DNA of 39,793 bases from Dehalococcoidia bacterium (GTDB taxonomy: Bacteria > Chloroflexota > Dehalococcoidia > SHYD01): NCBI GenBank assembly GCA_009692935.1, contig SHYE01000002.1, positions 1 through 39,793 on the forward strand, read 5' to 3'. The notes beneath the pieces were generated by a model. That model saw nothing but the letters and a program-made list of their open reading frames with translations, was not told the origin of the DNA and did not search any database. Shown here piece by piece: positions 25,651 to 34,329 of the stretch (position 1 is the stretch's first letter; each line of letters starts with the position of its first letter). Position numbers and translations under genes: made by a program.

Positions 25651-25800
25651 GGTTTGTCTATTGTGGCATCCGCGCTCACCTGTCGCAATGTTCGCGACTG
25701 ACGCGTAAACGGCAGTTTGGCTCTCAGATATCAGAGGCGCCCATTGCCGACGCCCTCAACCGCCCCTATGCTAGCGCCATTACACGCTCCGGAGGACGCT

Positions 25801-26631
25801 ATGGACTTGACGGTACTGCAGGGCAGGGTAGTGGTGATCACCGGCGGCGCCCGCGGGATGGGCGCTGCGTACACCAAAGCGTTCTTGGACGCAGGCTCGA
25901 AGGTGGTGTCGACCGACCGCTCTTGGGGCGGCTCCGAGGACTTCAAGACCACCATTGAGATGAGTGGCGGCTTGGCGCTGGAGATGGACATCACAAAAGC
26001 TGAGATGGTGGACGCTGCCTATCAGAGCACCATGGTGAAGTTCGGCACGGTAGACGTGCTGATTAACAACGCAGGCATGCGTCAGCGCGACCTCTACCCG
26101 CCCCACGGCCGCGTCACCACCCTGGAGACTAGCGACGCAGACTGGGAGCGGATGTTCGCCGTCAACGTGTTCGGCACGCTGAAGGTGATTCGACGGTTCA
26201 TCCAGCCGATGCTTGCGCAGCAGCGCGGCAGCATCGTCAACGTGTGCAGCAGCGGGCTGGTATCGAACTCGCAAGGGGGCAGCTACGTCGCGCTGCGTCC
26301 GCAGACCCGAGAGATGCCGTACATGTCCTCGAAGGCGGCGCTAGCCAACCTGGGCTTTTACCTCGCCGACGAGGTGAAAGCCCAGAACGTGGCCGTCAAC
26401 ATGGTGCTGCCCGGACACACGCGGTCCACTGGATCGGACGAGCAGCAGCGCCTGCGTGAGGCGATGGGCGCCGTGCCGTTGCCGATGGTCCGCCCCGAGC
26501 ACATGCTGCCGCTGGTGACCTACCTTGCCACCTGCGACGCAGCCACCCTGACCGGCCGGATGTTCGACGTAGTTCAGTGGAACATCGAGCACGGCCTGGG
26601 TGGCCGCGAAGCTTGGCTGGCAGGCGAATAG
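25801..26631 (+). CDS. SDR family oxidoreductase
   Basis: ATG 25801 has GGAGG upstream (inside ORF 25717..26631). Has TGGARGMG cofactor motif, NNAG, and the catalytic YMSSK. Confidence 0.85.
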   Translation: MDLTVLQGRVVVITGGARGMGAAYTKAFLDAGSKVVSTDRSWGGSEDFKTTIEMSGGLALEMDITKAEMVDAAYQSTMVKFGTVDVLINNAGMRQRDLYPPHGRVTTLETSDADWERMFAVNVFGTLKVIRRFIQPMLAQQRGSIVNVCSSGLVSNSQGGSYVALRPQTREMPYMSSKAALANLGFYLADEVKAQNVAVNMVLPGHTRSTGSDEQQRLREAMGAVPLPMVRPEHMLPLVTYLATCDAATLTGRMFDVVQWNIEHGLGGREAWLAGE

Positions 26632-26911
26632 CTAGACTGCGATCTGGTCCGGAGCCTCGGGTATCGCTGCGGGCGCTGCCGGAGCCTCCCCCCATCGGGG
26701 TGATGCCCTGATGTTCGAGGAGCAGTGCGCGCAGCGCCCGCTCCTCCGCCCGGTTCAAAATACGCCCGCATTGCAGACACACCAGGTCGTACTCATTCGC
26801 CAGGTGTTTCTCTTTGTAGACTGTCCCGTTGCACTTCGGGCAGGCTTTACGCCAAATGGTTCCCTCGCTTAGGCGTGATTCACTTTGTCCCCCACCACTA
26901 TCGACGGTGGG
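26632..26911 (-). pseudogene. remnant of a small zinc-ribbon protein gene (no usable start codon; reading frame runs into the SDR gene)
   Basis: The minus frame reads TAA-PTVDSGGGQSESRLSEGTIWRKACPKCNGTVYKEKHLANEYDLVCLQCGRILNRAEERALRALLLEHQGITPMGGG... (CPxC...CxxC). There is no ATG, GTG or TTG upstream of the first Cys pair. Removing one G from the G6 run (26693-26698) would give a clean TAG at 26632-26634. Confidence 0.3.
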
Positions 26912-26974
26912 TTAGGTGGCCTCTCGGCCAAAGGGGTGACCAGCGTACGCCGTTATGAGGAAGTCCTGGCGGAG

Positions 26975-27031
26975 TAGGTCACACGCGATGACAGTCAGCA
27001 ATGGTGTCATGCCGACGTAGGAGGCATCTGG
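26975..27031. repeat. Family A hairpin unit, degenerate copy
   Basis: Reads ...gcgATGAC-agtcagcaatggt-GTCATGCCGACGTAGGAGGCATCTGG. The right arm is intact and the left arm is eroded. Confidence 0.6.
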
Positions 27032-27117
27032 CGGCGGGGCGGGTCCGGCCCACCCTGCGCATACCATCGGGTGCACGTTGAGTTGAGGTCGCCGGTCGGT
27101 CGGAGAACCCCACCCCA

Positions 27118-27183
27118 CCAGATGCTTCGCGGGCTTAGCATGACAGTTAGCGTAATGTCATGCCGACGCAAGGAGGCATCTGG
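27118..27183. repeat. Family A hairpin unit, complete (66 nt)
   Basis: CCAGATGCTTCGCGGGCTTAGCATGAC-agttagcgtaat-GTCATGCCGACGCAAGGAGGCATCTGG. It is in the opposite orientation to the copies at 30825-31192. Confidence 0.8.
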
Positions 27184-27260
27184 CGGCGCGGGGGTGAGCA
27201 CCGGATCAAGAACCAGGATCGATGGCACGCTCTGAGCCAGGCGCCGGTAGTTGTTCTGCT

Positions 27261-27773
27261 CTAAGCCAACTCGATGAGGATGTCGCCCTTCGCGATGCGT
27301 TGGCCCGATACCACCGGCACGTGATGCACCGTGCCGGACCGCGGCGCGCGCACATCGTTGGCCATCTTCATCGCTTCCAGCACCAGCAGGCTCTGACCCT
27401 TCTCCACCTGATCCTTCGGCTTCACGTGCACCTGTTTGACTAGGCCGGGCATTGGCGCCTTGATGACCATCTGGCCGGTCACGCCCGTCGCGAGGTCGGT
27501 ACGGGCCGACCGCACTGCCTGCACCGTGGCGCCGGTCAGCACCTCAGCGTCTACTTGATGGCCATCAACGAACAGCCGCAGTAGCGGCAGCGCGCCGGAT
27601 GCGAACACCTGCCACGACTTGCCGTCCAGTAACAACGAATACGCGTGTTCGTGCCCGGCTTGCTGCAGGTCGGCCGCCACTGGCTTACCGTCCAGCGTTA
27701 CGTGCAGCTTACCCGACTGCTCCTGCACGTCGATGTCGTGGGTGATGTCGCCAATGCGAATCAAATAGCGCAT
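27261..27773 (-). CDS. biotin/lipoyl-attachment protein (biotin carboxyl carrier protein)
   Basis: 170 aa. The C-terminal biotinyl domain has LVLEAMKMANDV (the EAMKM biotin lysine). Confidence 0.85.
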   Translation of the reverse strand: MRYLIRIGDITHDIDVQEQSGKLHVTLDGKPVAADLQQAGHEHAYSLLLDGKSWQVFASGALPLLRLFVDGHQVDAEVLTGATVQAVRSARTDLATGVTGQMVIKAPMPGLVKQVHVKPKDQVEKGQSLLVLEAMKMANDVRAPRSGTVHHVPVVSGQRIAKGDILIELA

Positions 27774-27774
27774 G

Positions 27775-29304
27775 TCAGCGGCCTCCGCCCCGCCAGCCCC
27801 CGGTCAATCCACCGGGACGGTAGGCGGCTGCCCAGGAGCTGACCGCAGGCTCGCCGGAGCCACCCACGGCTGGGGCGGTTACCCCCTGTTTGGAGGTGGT
27901 GTACGCCAGCAGTGCGGCGGCGATGGCGGCGATGTGCTCGCGTTGCGCCGTGGCTTCGTGCATGTTGCCGATGATTGATTCCGCGAGGTCGGTATTCACC
28001 GCACCTGCCAAGAAGGCAGGATTCCGTAGCAGCTCGACGTGGAAGGGCAGGTTGGTTTGGACGCCCATGATCACGTACTCGTCGAGGGCCCGCAGCATGC
28101 GGTCGATCGCCTCCTGCCGGGTAGCGCCCCAGGTCAGGACTTTGGCCAGCAGAGAGTCATAGTAGGGAGTGACCTCCATGCCTTCAAACACGCTGGAATC
28201 GACCCGGACCCAGGAGCCAGAGGGCTCGGACACAGCGTCGATGGTGCCGAGCGAAGGCACAAACCCGGCGTAGGGGTCCTCGGCCACAATGCGGCACTCC
28301 ATGGCCCAGCCCCGCAGTTCGATGTCCTCCTGACGGTAGGGCAAGGGTTCGCCCATTGCTACCAGAAGTTGGTCGCGCACCAGGTCGCGGCCGGTCACCA
28401 GCTCGGTCACACCGTGCTCCACCTGAATGCGGGTGTTCACCTCGAGGAAGTAGAAGTTGCCGGCGTCGTCCATCACAAACTCAACGGTACCGGCCCCCAC
28501 GTAGTTGGTGGCTTTGGCGGCCGCGGTTGCCGCTGTGACGATGCGCTCTCGAATCGTCGCGTCGACGGCGGGAGAGGGCGCTTCTTCCAGCAACTTCTGG
28601 TGACGGCGCTGAATCGAGCATTCCCGCTCACCCAGACTCACCACGTTGCCGTGGGTGTCGGCCATGATCTGGGCCTCTACGTGGCGCACCGGATTCAGGT
28701 ACTTCTCCAGGTAGACGTCGCCATCGCCAAAGGCCTGCTGCGCCTCTGATTGCGCCACTGGCACGGCGGCGCTCAGATCGCTAGCGTTGTGCACCACTCG
28801 GATGCCGCGCCCGCCGCCGCCCGCCACCGCCTTCACCATCACCGGATAGCCAATGCGCTCGGCTGCCGCCAATGCCTCATCTACGTTCGCAAGGATGGGC
28901 GAGCCGGGTACGATGGGCACTCCTGCCGCCTCCATGACTTCGCGGGCGCGCGACTTGTGCCCCAGCAGGTCAATAGTGTCGGCGGCGGGGCCAATGAACG
29001 TGAAGCCCGCCTCGGTGACGGCGCGTGCGAAAGCAGCGTTCTCGGACAAAAAGCCGTAGCCGGGGTGGACCGCGTCGGCCTTGGCGTCGCTGGCAACCCG
29101 TAGCAGCGCGTCCACTCGCAGGTAGCTTTCGGCCGGCGTGAGGCCGCCGATCGGGTACGCCTCGTCTGCCAGCCGCACGTACTTGGCGGTGCGGTCGGCG
29201 TCCGAGAAGACGGCGATAGAGGTGAGGCCAAGATCACGGCAGGCCCGCACCACGCGCAGTGCAATCTCGCCGCGGTTGGCAATGAGGATGCGTTTAAGAG
29301 GCAT
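27775..29304 (-). CDS. accC: biotin carboxylase subunit (acetyl-/acyl-CoA or pyruvate carboxylase type)
   Basis: 509 aa. Starts MPLKRILIANRGEIALRVVRACRDLGL..., has an ATP-grasp core, and a C-terminal ~55-aa Ala/Gly-rich extension. Confidence 0.85.
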   Translation of the reverse strand: MPLKRILIANRGEIALRVVRACRDLGLTSIAVFSDADRTAKYVRLADEAYPIGGLTPAESYLRVDALLRVASDAKADAVHPGYGFLSENAAFARAVTEAGFTFIGPAADTIDLLGHKSRAREVMEAAGVPIVPGSPILANVDEALAAAERIGYPVMVKAVAGGGGRGIRVVHNASDLSAAVPVAQSEAQQAFGDGDVYLEKYLNPVRHVEAQIMADTHGNVVSLGERECSIQRRHQKLLEEAPSPAVDATIRERIVTAATAAAKATNYVGAGTVEFVMDDAGNFYFLEVNTRIQVEHGVTELVTGRDLVRDQLLVAMGEPLPYRQEDIELRGWAMECRIVAEDPYAGFVPSLGTIDAVSEPSGSWVRVDSSVFEGMEVTPYYDSLLAKVLTWGATRQEAIDRMLRALDEYVIMGVQTNLPFHVELLRNPAFLAGAVNTDLAESIIGNMHEATAQREHIAAIAAALLAYTTSKQGVTAPAVGGSGEPAVSSWAAAYRPGGLTGGWRGGGR

Positions 29305-29633
29305 AAATCAAACCGCCGGGCAGAGGCCGGGCGGCGCAGCAATTATACCACAGGCGAAGGCTCGACCGGCACTGCCCATGCTCCAGTGTATGAACTCAGC
29401 GTTGATGAGTTGGCCCGGAGACCTGCGGGCTAAAGCCACGCAGCACCACCTTAGTGCACGGATGGGCATGGTCTCGACAGGGGGGTCCTGAGGGACGGCG
29501 AATCCCGCCACCGCAGAGGGGATCGCACCGCAGCGTCGGAGGCGTCGTCGCCGGGTGCGTTCGTGCAGTTGTGACGCTCCAGGCCAACCTGGTAGGCTGC
29601 CTGCACAGTAGTCCATGCCCAGGAGGAATCGCC

Positions 29634-30773
29634 ATGCTTCGTAGCGAGAACCGTATATTCACCACCCACACCGGAAGTCTGCCGCGTCCGGCCGACTTGG
29701 TCGAGTTGATCCGTGCCCGCGAGGCAGGAGAGCCGCTGGACGCCCAGGCGTTTGCGGCGCGCGTGCAGTCGGCTGTCACCGAGGCCGTCGGAAAGCAAGT
29801 GGAGTCCGGCATTGATTCGGTGAGCGACGGCGAGTTGGGCAAACCGAGCTTCGCCACCTACGTCACCTACCGTATTACCGGGTTCGACGGCGAGAATCTG
29901 GCCCCACGCACCTCGGCCGATGCTGAGGCGTTTCCCGAGTGGGCGAAGACGCTGGTGCCCAACACCATGAAGCGCAAGTTCTGCGTGGGGCCGTTGGCCT
30001 ACCAGAACAAGGCCGAGCTTGAGGCTGATCTCGCCAACGTTCGGGTGGCTGCGCAGGCCGCCGGTGCGCACGAGGTGTTCATGCCCTCGGCGTCGGTCGG
30101 CATCATCGCCGACATCATGGAAAATCAGTTCTATCCCACCGACGAGGCGTACTACCACGCGATCGCCATGGCGATGAAAGTGGAGTACGACGCCATCGCC
30201 AAGGCTGGGTTCATCCTCCAGATCGACGCGCCGGACACCGCGATGTGCCGCCACACTCGGTTCCGCCATCGCAGCCTGGAGGACTTTCGGGCGTGGCAGA
30301 GCCAGTGCATCGACGCGTTGAACGAGGCGCTGGTGGACGTACCGCGGGAGCAGATCCGGTTCCACACCTGCTGGGGCAACAACGAGAGTCCGCATGTTCA
30401 CGACGTGCCGTTGAAGGACATCGTAGACCTAGTGCTGCGGGTGAAGGCGGGAGCGTACTCCATCGAGGCCTCGAACCCACGGCATGCGCATGAGTGGCGG
30501 TTGTGGGAGGACGTGAAGCTGCCCGAGGGGGCGATTCTGATGCCCGGTGTCATCGATAGCACCACCAACTTTGTGGAGCACCCGGAGCTGGTGGCGGACC
30601 GCATCGAGCAGTTCGCCCGCCTGGTGGGACGGGAGAACGTGGTGGCCGGCACCGATTGCGGCTTCGGCACTGCGGCCGGACGCATGACGCCGCACCCCGA
30701 GGTTGTGTGGCACAAGCTGCACGCGCTGGCCGAGGGGGCGGAGCTGGCCTCGAAGCGACTGTGGGGGCGGTAG
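29634..30773 (+). CDS. cobalamin-independent methionine synthase II-like (Meth_synt_2 / MetE C-terminal domain) family protein
   Basis: ATG 29634 has AGGAGG upstream (inside ORF 29454..30773). Reads ...IFTTHTGSLPRP...SDGELGK...HTCWGN...AGTDCGFG.... It is a paralog of 31227..32387 and both end ...LWGR. Confidence 0.8.
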   Translation: MLRSENRIFTTHTGSLPRPADLVELIRAREAGEPLDAQAFAARVQSAVTEAVGKQVESGIDSVSDGELGKPSFATYVTYRITGFDGENLAPRTSADAEAFPEWAKTLVPNTMKRKFCVGPLAYQNKAELEADLANVRVAAQAAGAHEVFMPSASVGIIADIMENQFYPTDEAYYHAIAMAMKVEYDAIAKAGFILQIDAPDTAMCRHTRFRHRSLEDFRAWQSQCIDALNEALVDVPREQIRFHTCWGNNESPHVHDVPLKDIVDLVLRVKAGAYSIEASNPRHAHEWRLWEDVKLPEGAILMPGVIDSTTNFVEHPELVADRIEQFARLVGRENVVAGTDCGFGTAAGRMTPHPEVVWHKLHALAEGAELASKRLWGR

Positions 30774-30817
30774 GACCGTTCGCATGGCTCATCGCTGCCT
30801 GGGGTGATGCGGCGCCG

Positions 30818-31195
30818 CCCCGCCCCAGATGCCGCCTGCGTCAGCATGACATCACGTCGCCGGTCATGCTGAGCCCGCGAAGCATCTGGTGGGGTGAGGG
30901 TCTTCCTGCTGGCGGTGGAACACCCTGCTGTAGTTGATCTGTGTCCTGTCGGCGGGCGGGCCAACCCCAGCCCCGCCCCAGATGCCTCCTGCGTCGGCAT
31001 GACATCACGTCGCCGGTCATGCTGAGCCCGCGAAGCATCTGGCGGGGTGGCGGTCTTCCCACTGACGGTGGAACATCCTGCTGTAGTTGATCCGTGCCCT
31101 GGGGCGGGCGGGCCGGCCCCCGCCCCACCCCAGATGCCTCCTGCGTCGGCATCACATCGCGCCGATGGTCATGCTGAGCCCGCGAGGCGTCTGAG
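30818..31195. repeat. tandem array, about 2.5 copies of a 152-153-bp unit, each carrying a Family A 66-nt hairpin
   Basis: The CCAGATGCC landmark occurs at 30825, 30978 and 31130. Copies 1 and 2 are roughly 90 % identical over the whole unit, and copy 3 is partial and degenerate. Confidence 0.85.
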
Positions 31196-31226
31196 GCAAG
31201 TGCGACGGACTCTTGCTTGCGCTTGG

Positions 31227-32387
31227 TTAGCGGCCCCAGAGCTTCTTGGTGGCGATGCGGGCGCCCTCGGCCCCGGCGCGGAACTTGGCCCACTGGATCT
31301 CGGCGTGGGCCACCCGCTGCAGGCCGCAGTCGGTGCCGCCGATGACGTTTTCGCGGCCCACCAGGTTGGCGTAGCGGATCAGGCGCTGGGCCACCAGCTC
31401 AGGGTGCTCCACGAACTCGCGGGAGTTGTGGCCGAGGACGCCAGGCATGATGAACTTACCTGCCGGCAGCTTGTAGTCCTCGAAGGCGACCCACTCCCAC
31501 TCGTGCATGGGGTTGGCTGCCTCGAAGGAGACGCAGTCGGCGTTGACGGCGAAGATGAGCGGGAAGAGCTTGCTGATCGGCAGGTCTTGGGTGTGCGGGT
31601 GGTGGCTGCTGCCCCAGCAAATGTGGAGGCGGACCATCTCGGGCTTGATGTCGCGGATGGAGTGGTTCAGGGCTTCGACCCGCACCGCGGCGTACTTCAG
31701 GTACTCGTCCTCGGTCAGCTCGGGGTGGCACTGCCAGCCGTCGGGCAGGTCAGGGTCGTCGAGCTGGATGGCGATACCGGCGTCGGTGATGGTCTTGTAC
31801 TCCTCGTGCATGGCGTCGGCCACCGCGAACAGGAACTCTTCCTCGGTCTTGTAGTAGTCGTTGCGCAGCCAGTGCTCGATGGTGCCTGGGGCCAACGCCG
31901 AGAGGTAGCCCTCGGCCACGTTGCGGCCCTGGAGTGCGGCCTTGAAGTACTCCAAGTCGCGCTGCACTTCCGCCTGCCCCACGTAGGTGATGGGGCCGGT
32001 ACAGAACACGCCCTGCTGTCCAAGCGCGGCGCCGGCGCCGGGAGCCTCGGGCGTCTTGAAGTAGCCGGGGAAGTACTTCTGCTCGCGGGCGGTGATGGAG
32101 TCGCTGGGGAGTTCGCCGGACTTGAGGGCGCGGTACTCGATGCCGCCGAGGCGGCCGCGGGCGTAGCTCTGCCAGCTGCGCTTGGTGTACTCACCGTCGT
32201 TCACCACGTCGACGCCGTTGTCCTCTTGCAGCTTGACGACTTCAGCCACGGCGCTCTTGATGCGGGCGGCGAGGGCTGCGTCGAAAGGCTCGCCATCTTT
32301 GCGGGCGGCCATCAGCGTCTTCAGGTCATCGGGCCGGTGCAGACTGCCGGCGTGGCTCATGATAATGCGGTCGGTGCTTCGCTTCAT
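31227..32387 (-). CDS. cobalamin-independent methionine synthase II-like (Meth_synt_2) family protein, paralog 2
   Basis: 386 aa. Reads ...IIMSHAGSLHRP...NDGEYTK...HICWGS...GGTDCGL.... AAGGA Shine-Dalgarno upstream. Confidence 0.8.
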   Translation of the reverse strand: MKRSTDRIIMSHAGSLHRPDDLKTLMAARKDGEPFDAALAARIKSAVAEVVKLQEDNGVDVVNDGEYTKRSWQSYARGRLGGIEYRALKSGELPSDSITAREQKYFPGYFKTPEAPGAGAALGQQGVFCTGPITYVGQAEVQRDLEYFKAALQGRNVAEGYLSALAPGTIEHWLRNDYYKTEEEFLFAVADAMHEEYKTITDAGIAIQLDDPDLPDGWQCHPELTEDEYLKYAAVRVEALNHSIRDIKPEMVRLHICWGSSHHPHTQDLPISKLFPLIFAVNADCVSFEAANPMHEWEWVAFEDYKLPAGKFIMPGVLGHNSREFVEHPELVAQRLIRYANLVGRENVIGGTDCGLQRVAHAEIQWAKFRAGAEGARIATKKLWGR

Positions 32388-32718
32388 GGGTCGTCCTTTC
32401 GGGATGTCTGGCGGGTTTGCGCTTGGGGCGCGAGAGTCCCCAGAGTAGTCCTAATGGGGGGCGGTCGCAAGGCAATCTCGCGGGGGCGTCTGTTCGGTTG
32501 TGCGTCAGCTGCGGCCTTCAGAGTGGCGTTGATTATCCCACCCGCCCACCCTCGTAAACTCTTGGAACGAGGGCACATCCCTCGTGCTCCCTGCCTGCGG
32601 GGACTCGCTGTCCCTTCCGGGCTCCCCTGCCGACTAGGGGACGGTTGGTTAGCTTCGCCGGCGGCGTCTGCCAGGCTCCTCGTCGTCTGCCTTCCCCCGA
32701 GATCGGCTTGTGGGCGTG

Positions 32719-32745
32719 AAAGGGAGCGCCCGGAGGCGCTCCCTT
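32719..32745 (-). terminator. GC-rich stem-loop after the LigB-type gene (weak U-tract)
   Basis: The minus strand reads AAGGGAGCGCC-tccg-GGCGCTCCCTT followed by TCAC. It lies 20 nt downstream of the stop at 32766. Confidence 0.35.
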
Positions 32746-32765
32746 GGGACCGCGGACGGTGAGGC

Positions 32766-33830
32766 CTAGTGGCCGTTGGACCAGTGGCCGACGGCGCAGC
32801 CGCAGCCGGTGCCAGCCGGGGTGCGATAGCCGGCCTCGTAGGTGATGGTCTCCATTTTGGTGTCGCCCATGGCACCCTGGACGGCGACCCAGTTCAGGAT
32901 CTCGGTGGTGGCGGACTGCAGGCGATGGCGGGGCAGCGAGGTCAAGATCTCGCCGTTGGCCGTCTCCAAGCCCTTGAGGGTCTGGCGATCGAGCTCCTCG
33001 TCGACGACGAAGTGGCTGAGGCCGCCGGTGCAGCCGAAGGCTACGCGCACGCCCTCGTCCTTCCAGGCATCAACGGCTTTGCGTACGGCGCGACCGAGGT
33101 TATAAGCACGGCGGGGGCTGATCCAGTTGGGGGGATAGCAGGTGTTGATGGTAATGGGGATGACGGGCACCGTCTTGCCGTGGAACCAGCGGGCCATGCC
33201 GAAGCCGAAGGCGTGCTGGATGCCGAACGGACGGGGCTCGGTGGAGCGCTCCATATCGAGGTACCAGGTGGCGGGGCCGATTTTGCCGCCGAACTCGGGC
33301 CGCAGGTAGCGCGACTGGGCGATGTCGAAGTCGTCCTCCATCAAGGACTCCAGAACGTGCAGGCCGAGCGCTGAGTCGACGGGCCAGTCCTTCTCCACAG
33401 TGCCGTAGGCCCTGGAGGAGACCTTCTGGGCCTCGGTCATTTTGTCGGTAATGGGGCGGGGCAGCATCTTGATGGTGTCGCCCCAGTAAAGGTTGATACT
33501 GGGCATGTTGTCTTCGAAGAAGAACTCGCTCTGGTCGTCGCCGAACATGATCATGACGTCGATATCGGTCTGGCCGAAGCGGGTGTCGAGTTCGTCGAGG
33601 CCCTTCTGGATGTGGTCGACGCGGCCGTCGAAGACTTCGCGGTTGATCATCTTGGCGATCTTGGGGTCGGCACCGGCAAGCAGTTCGTCATAGGTGACCC
33701 GTTTTCCCTCGGGCATTTTGACCAGTTCGCGGTTGCGAAGGTCATTCTTGGCGTGCATTTCCCAGAGTTCGCCGGTGAGACTCATCAGGGGGCTGTGGGA
33801 CGATGCGAAACCACCGACTACCTTTGCCAT
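32766..33830 (-). CDS. class III (LigB-type) extradiol ring-cleavage dioxygenase, long form
   Basis: ATG 33830 (MAKVVGGFASSHSPLM...) has GGAG upstream (inside ORF 32766..33866). Has ...MFGDDQSEFFFEDNMPSINLYWG... (the DH/DQ..F..DNMP..F motif region) and ...GGLSHF.... Confidence 0.8.
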   Translation of the reverse strand: MAKVVGGFASSHSPLMSLTGELWEMHAKNDLRNRELVKMPEGKRVTYDELLAGADPKIAKMINREVFDGRVDHIQKGLDELDTRFGQTDIDVMIMFGDDQSEFFFEDNMPSINLYWGDTIKMLPRPITDKMTEAQKVSSRAYGTVEKDWPVDSALGLHVLESLMEDDFDIAQSRYLRPEFGGKIGPATWYLDMERSTEPRPFGIQHAFGFGMARWFHGKTVPVIPITINTCYPPNWISPRRAYNLGRAVRKAVDAWKDEGVRVAFGCTGGLSHFVVDEELDRQTLKGLETANGEILTSLPRHRLQSATTEILNWVAVQGAMGDTKMETITYEAGYRTPAGTGCGCAVGHWSNGH

Positions 33831-34059
33831 GGTTCTAGCTCCTAGTGGAACGGGATTTGGCTGCATGTTTGCTCAACAGGTGAAGGATGTCAAGTTTTGG
33901 GTGGCTGGCCGAGTTCGTCAGATGGAAATGCGTGTCACATACCCGCGGCATTGAGGGCAAGATGGGTTGGTTGGCGGCGGTTTGAGCTGGCGGGGCGTGG
34001 ACGCCGGGCCGGGGGCGGGAGCTGCGCGCTGGCCACCATAGACGCGCTCCGGTCGGCCG

Positions 34060-34100
34060 CCCTCGCCCTCGGAGGGAGAGGGATCAAGGGAGAGGGTGAC
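34060..34100. repeat. Family B short palindromic repeat
   Basis: ccctcgccctcggagggagagggatcaagggagagggtgac. Confidence 0.75.
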
Positions 34101-34205
34101 GCGCACCGCTCACCCGCTGGCACGATACGGGTAAGACACGGACGAGCGGGTCATGCTGGCCTCGGCGCGTCGTCAGGTAAGGGTTGCGCTGCACTTTCTC
34201 TATAG

Positions 34206-34228
34206 TCTCTCCCTCGGAGGGCGAGATG
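34206..34228. repeat. Family B short palindromic repeat
   Basis: tctctccctcggagggcgagatg forms a hairpin CTCTCCCTC / GAGGGCGAGA. Confidence 0.7.
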
Positions 34229-34329
34229 CTTAGGGTGGCGGCGGTTTGGGGTGGCGGGGCGTCGAGGCCGGTCGAGGCGTTGGCGGCTTCGGCTGGCGGT
34301 TGGCTTCGTGTTAGGCGTGGGCGCGCCTG

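Noticed and set aside
29480-29633. Cobalamin-riboswitch-like fragments upstream of the first MetE-like gene
   Set aside because: The leader contains AGGGAcGGCGAATCCCGCCACCGCAGAGGGG and a B12-box-like CCAGGccaACCTGG. It also has CCAGG/CCTGG/CCAGG(AGG) segments that could alternatively sequester the Shine-Dalgarno. However, about 10 nt of the conserved core are missing, and GC-rich DNA gives such partial matches easily. A covariance-model scan (Rfam RF00174) is needed. A score above the gathering threshold would revive this idea.
30818-31195. Possible CRISPR array
   Set aside because: The period is about 153 bp and the whole unit is repeated, so there are no unique spacers. The repeats are imperfect and no cas genes are nearby. 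It is a tandem duplication of a dispersed hairpin element.
32388-32717. Riboswitch or leader element upstream of the second MetE-like gene
   Set aside because: GCCACTC and GCCCCCGC motifs are present but in the wrong order for a cobalamin element. I saw no SAM-I-like features. The TTTACG/GATAAT pair has only a 15-nt spacer, so even the promoter call is weak.
31047-32762. 571-aa plus-strand ORF
   Set aside because: This is an antisense shadow of the MetE-like gene 31227..32387. It also runs through repeat and leader DNA, and its sequence is low-complexity Gly/Ala/Val/Leu.
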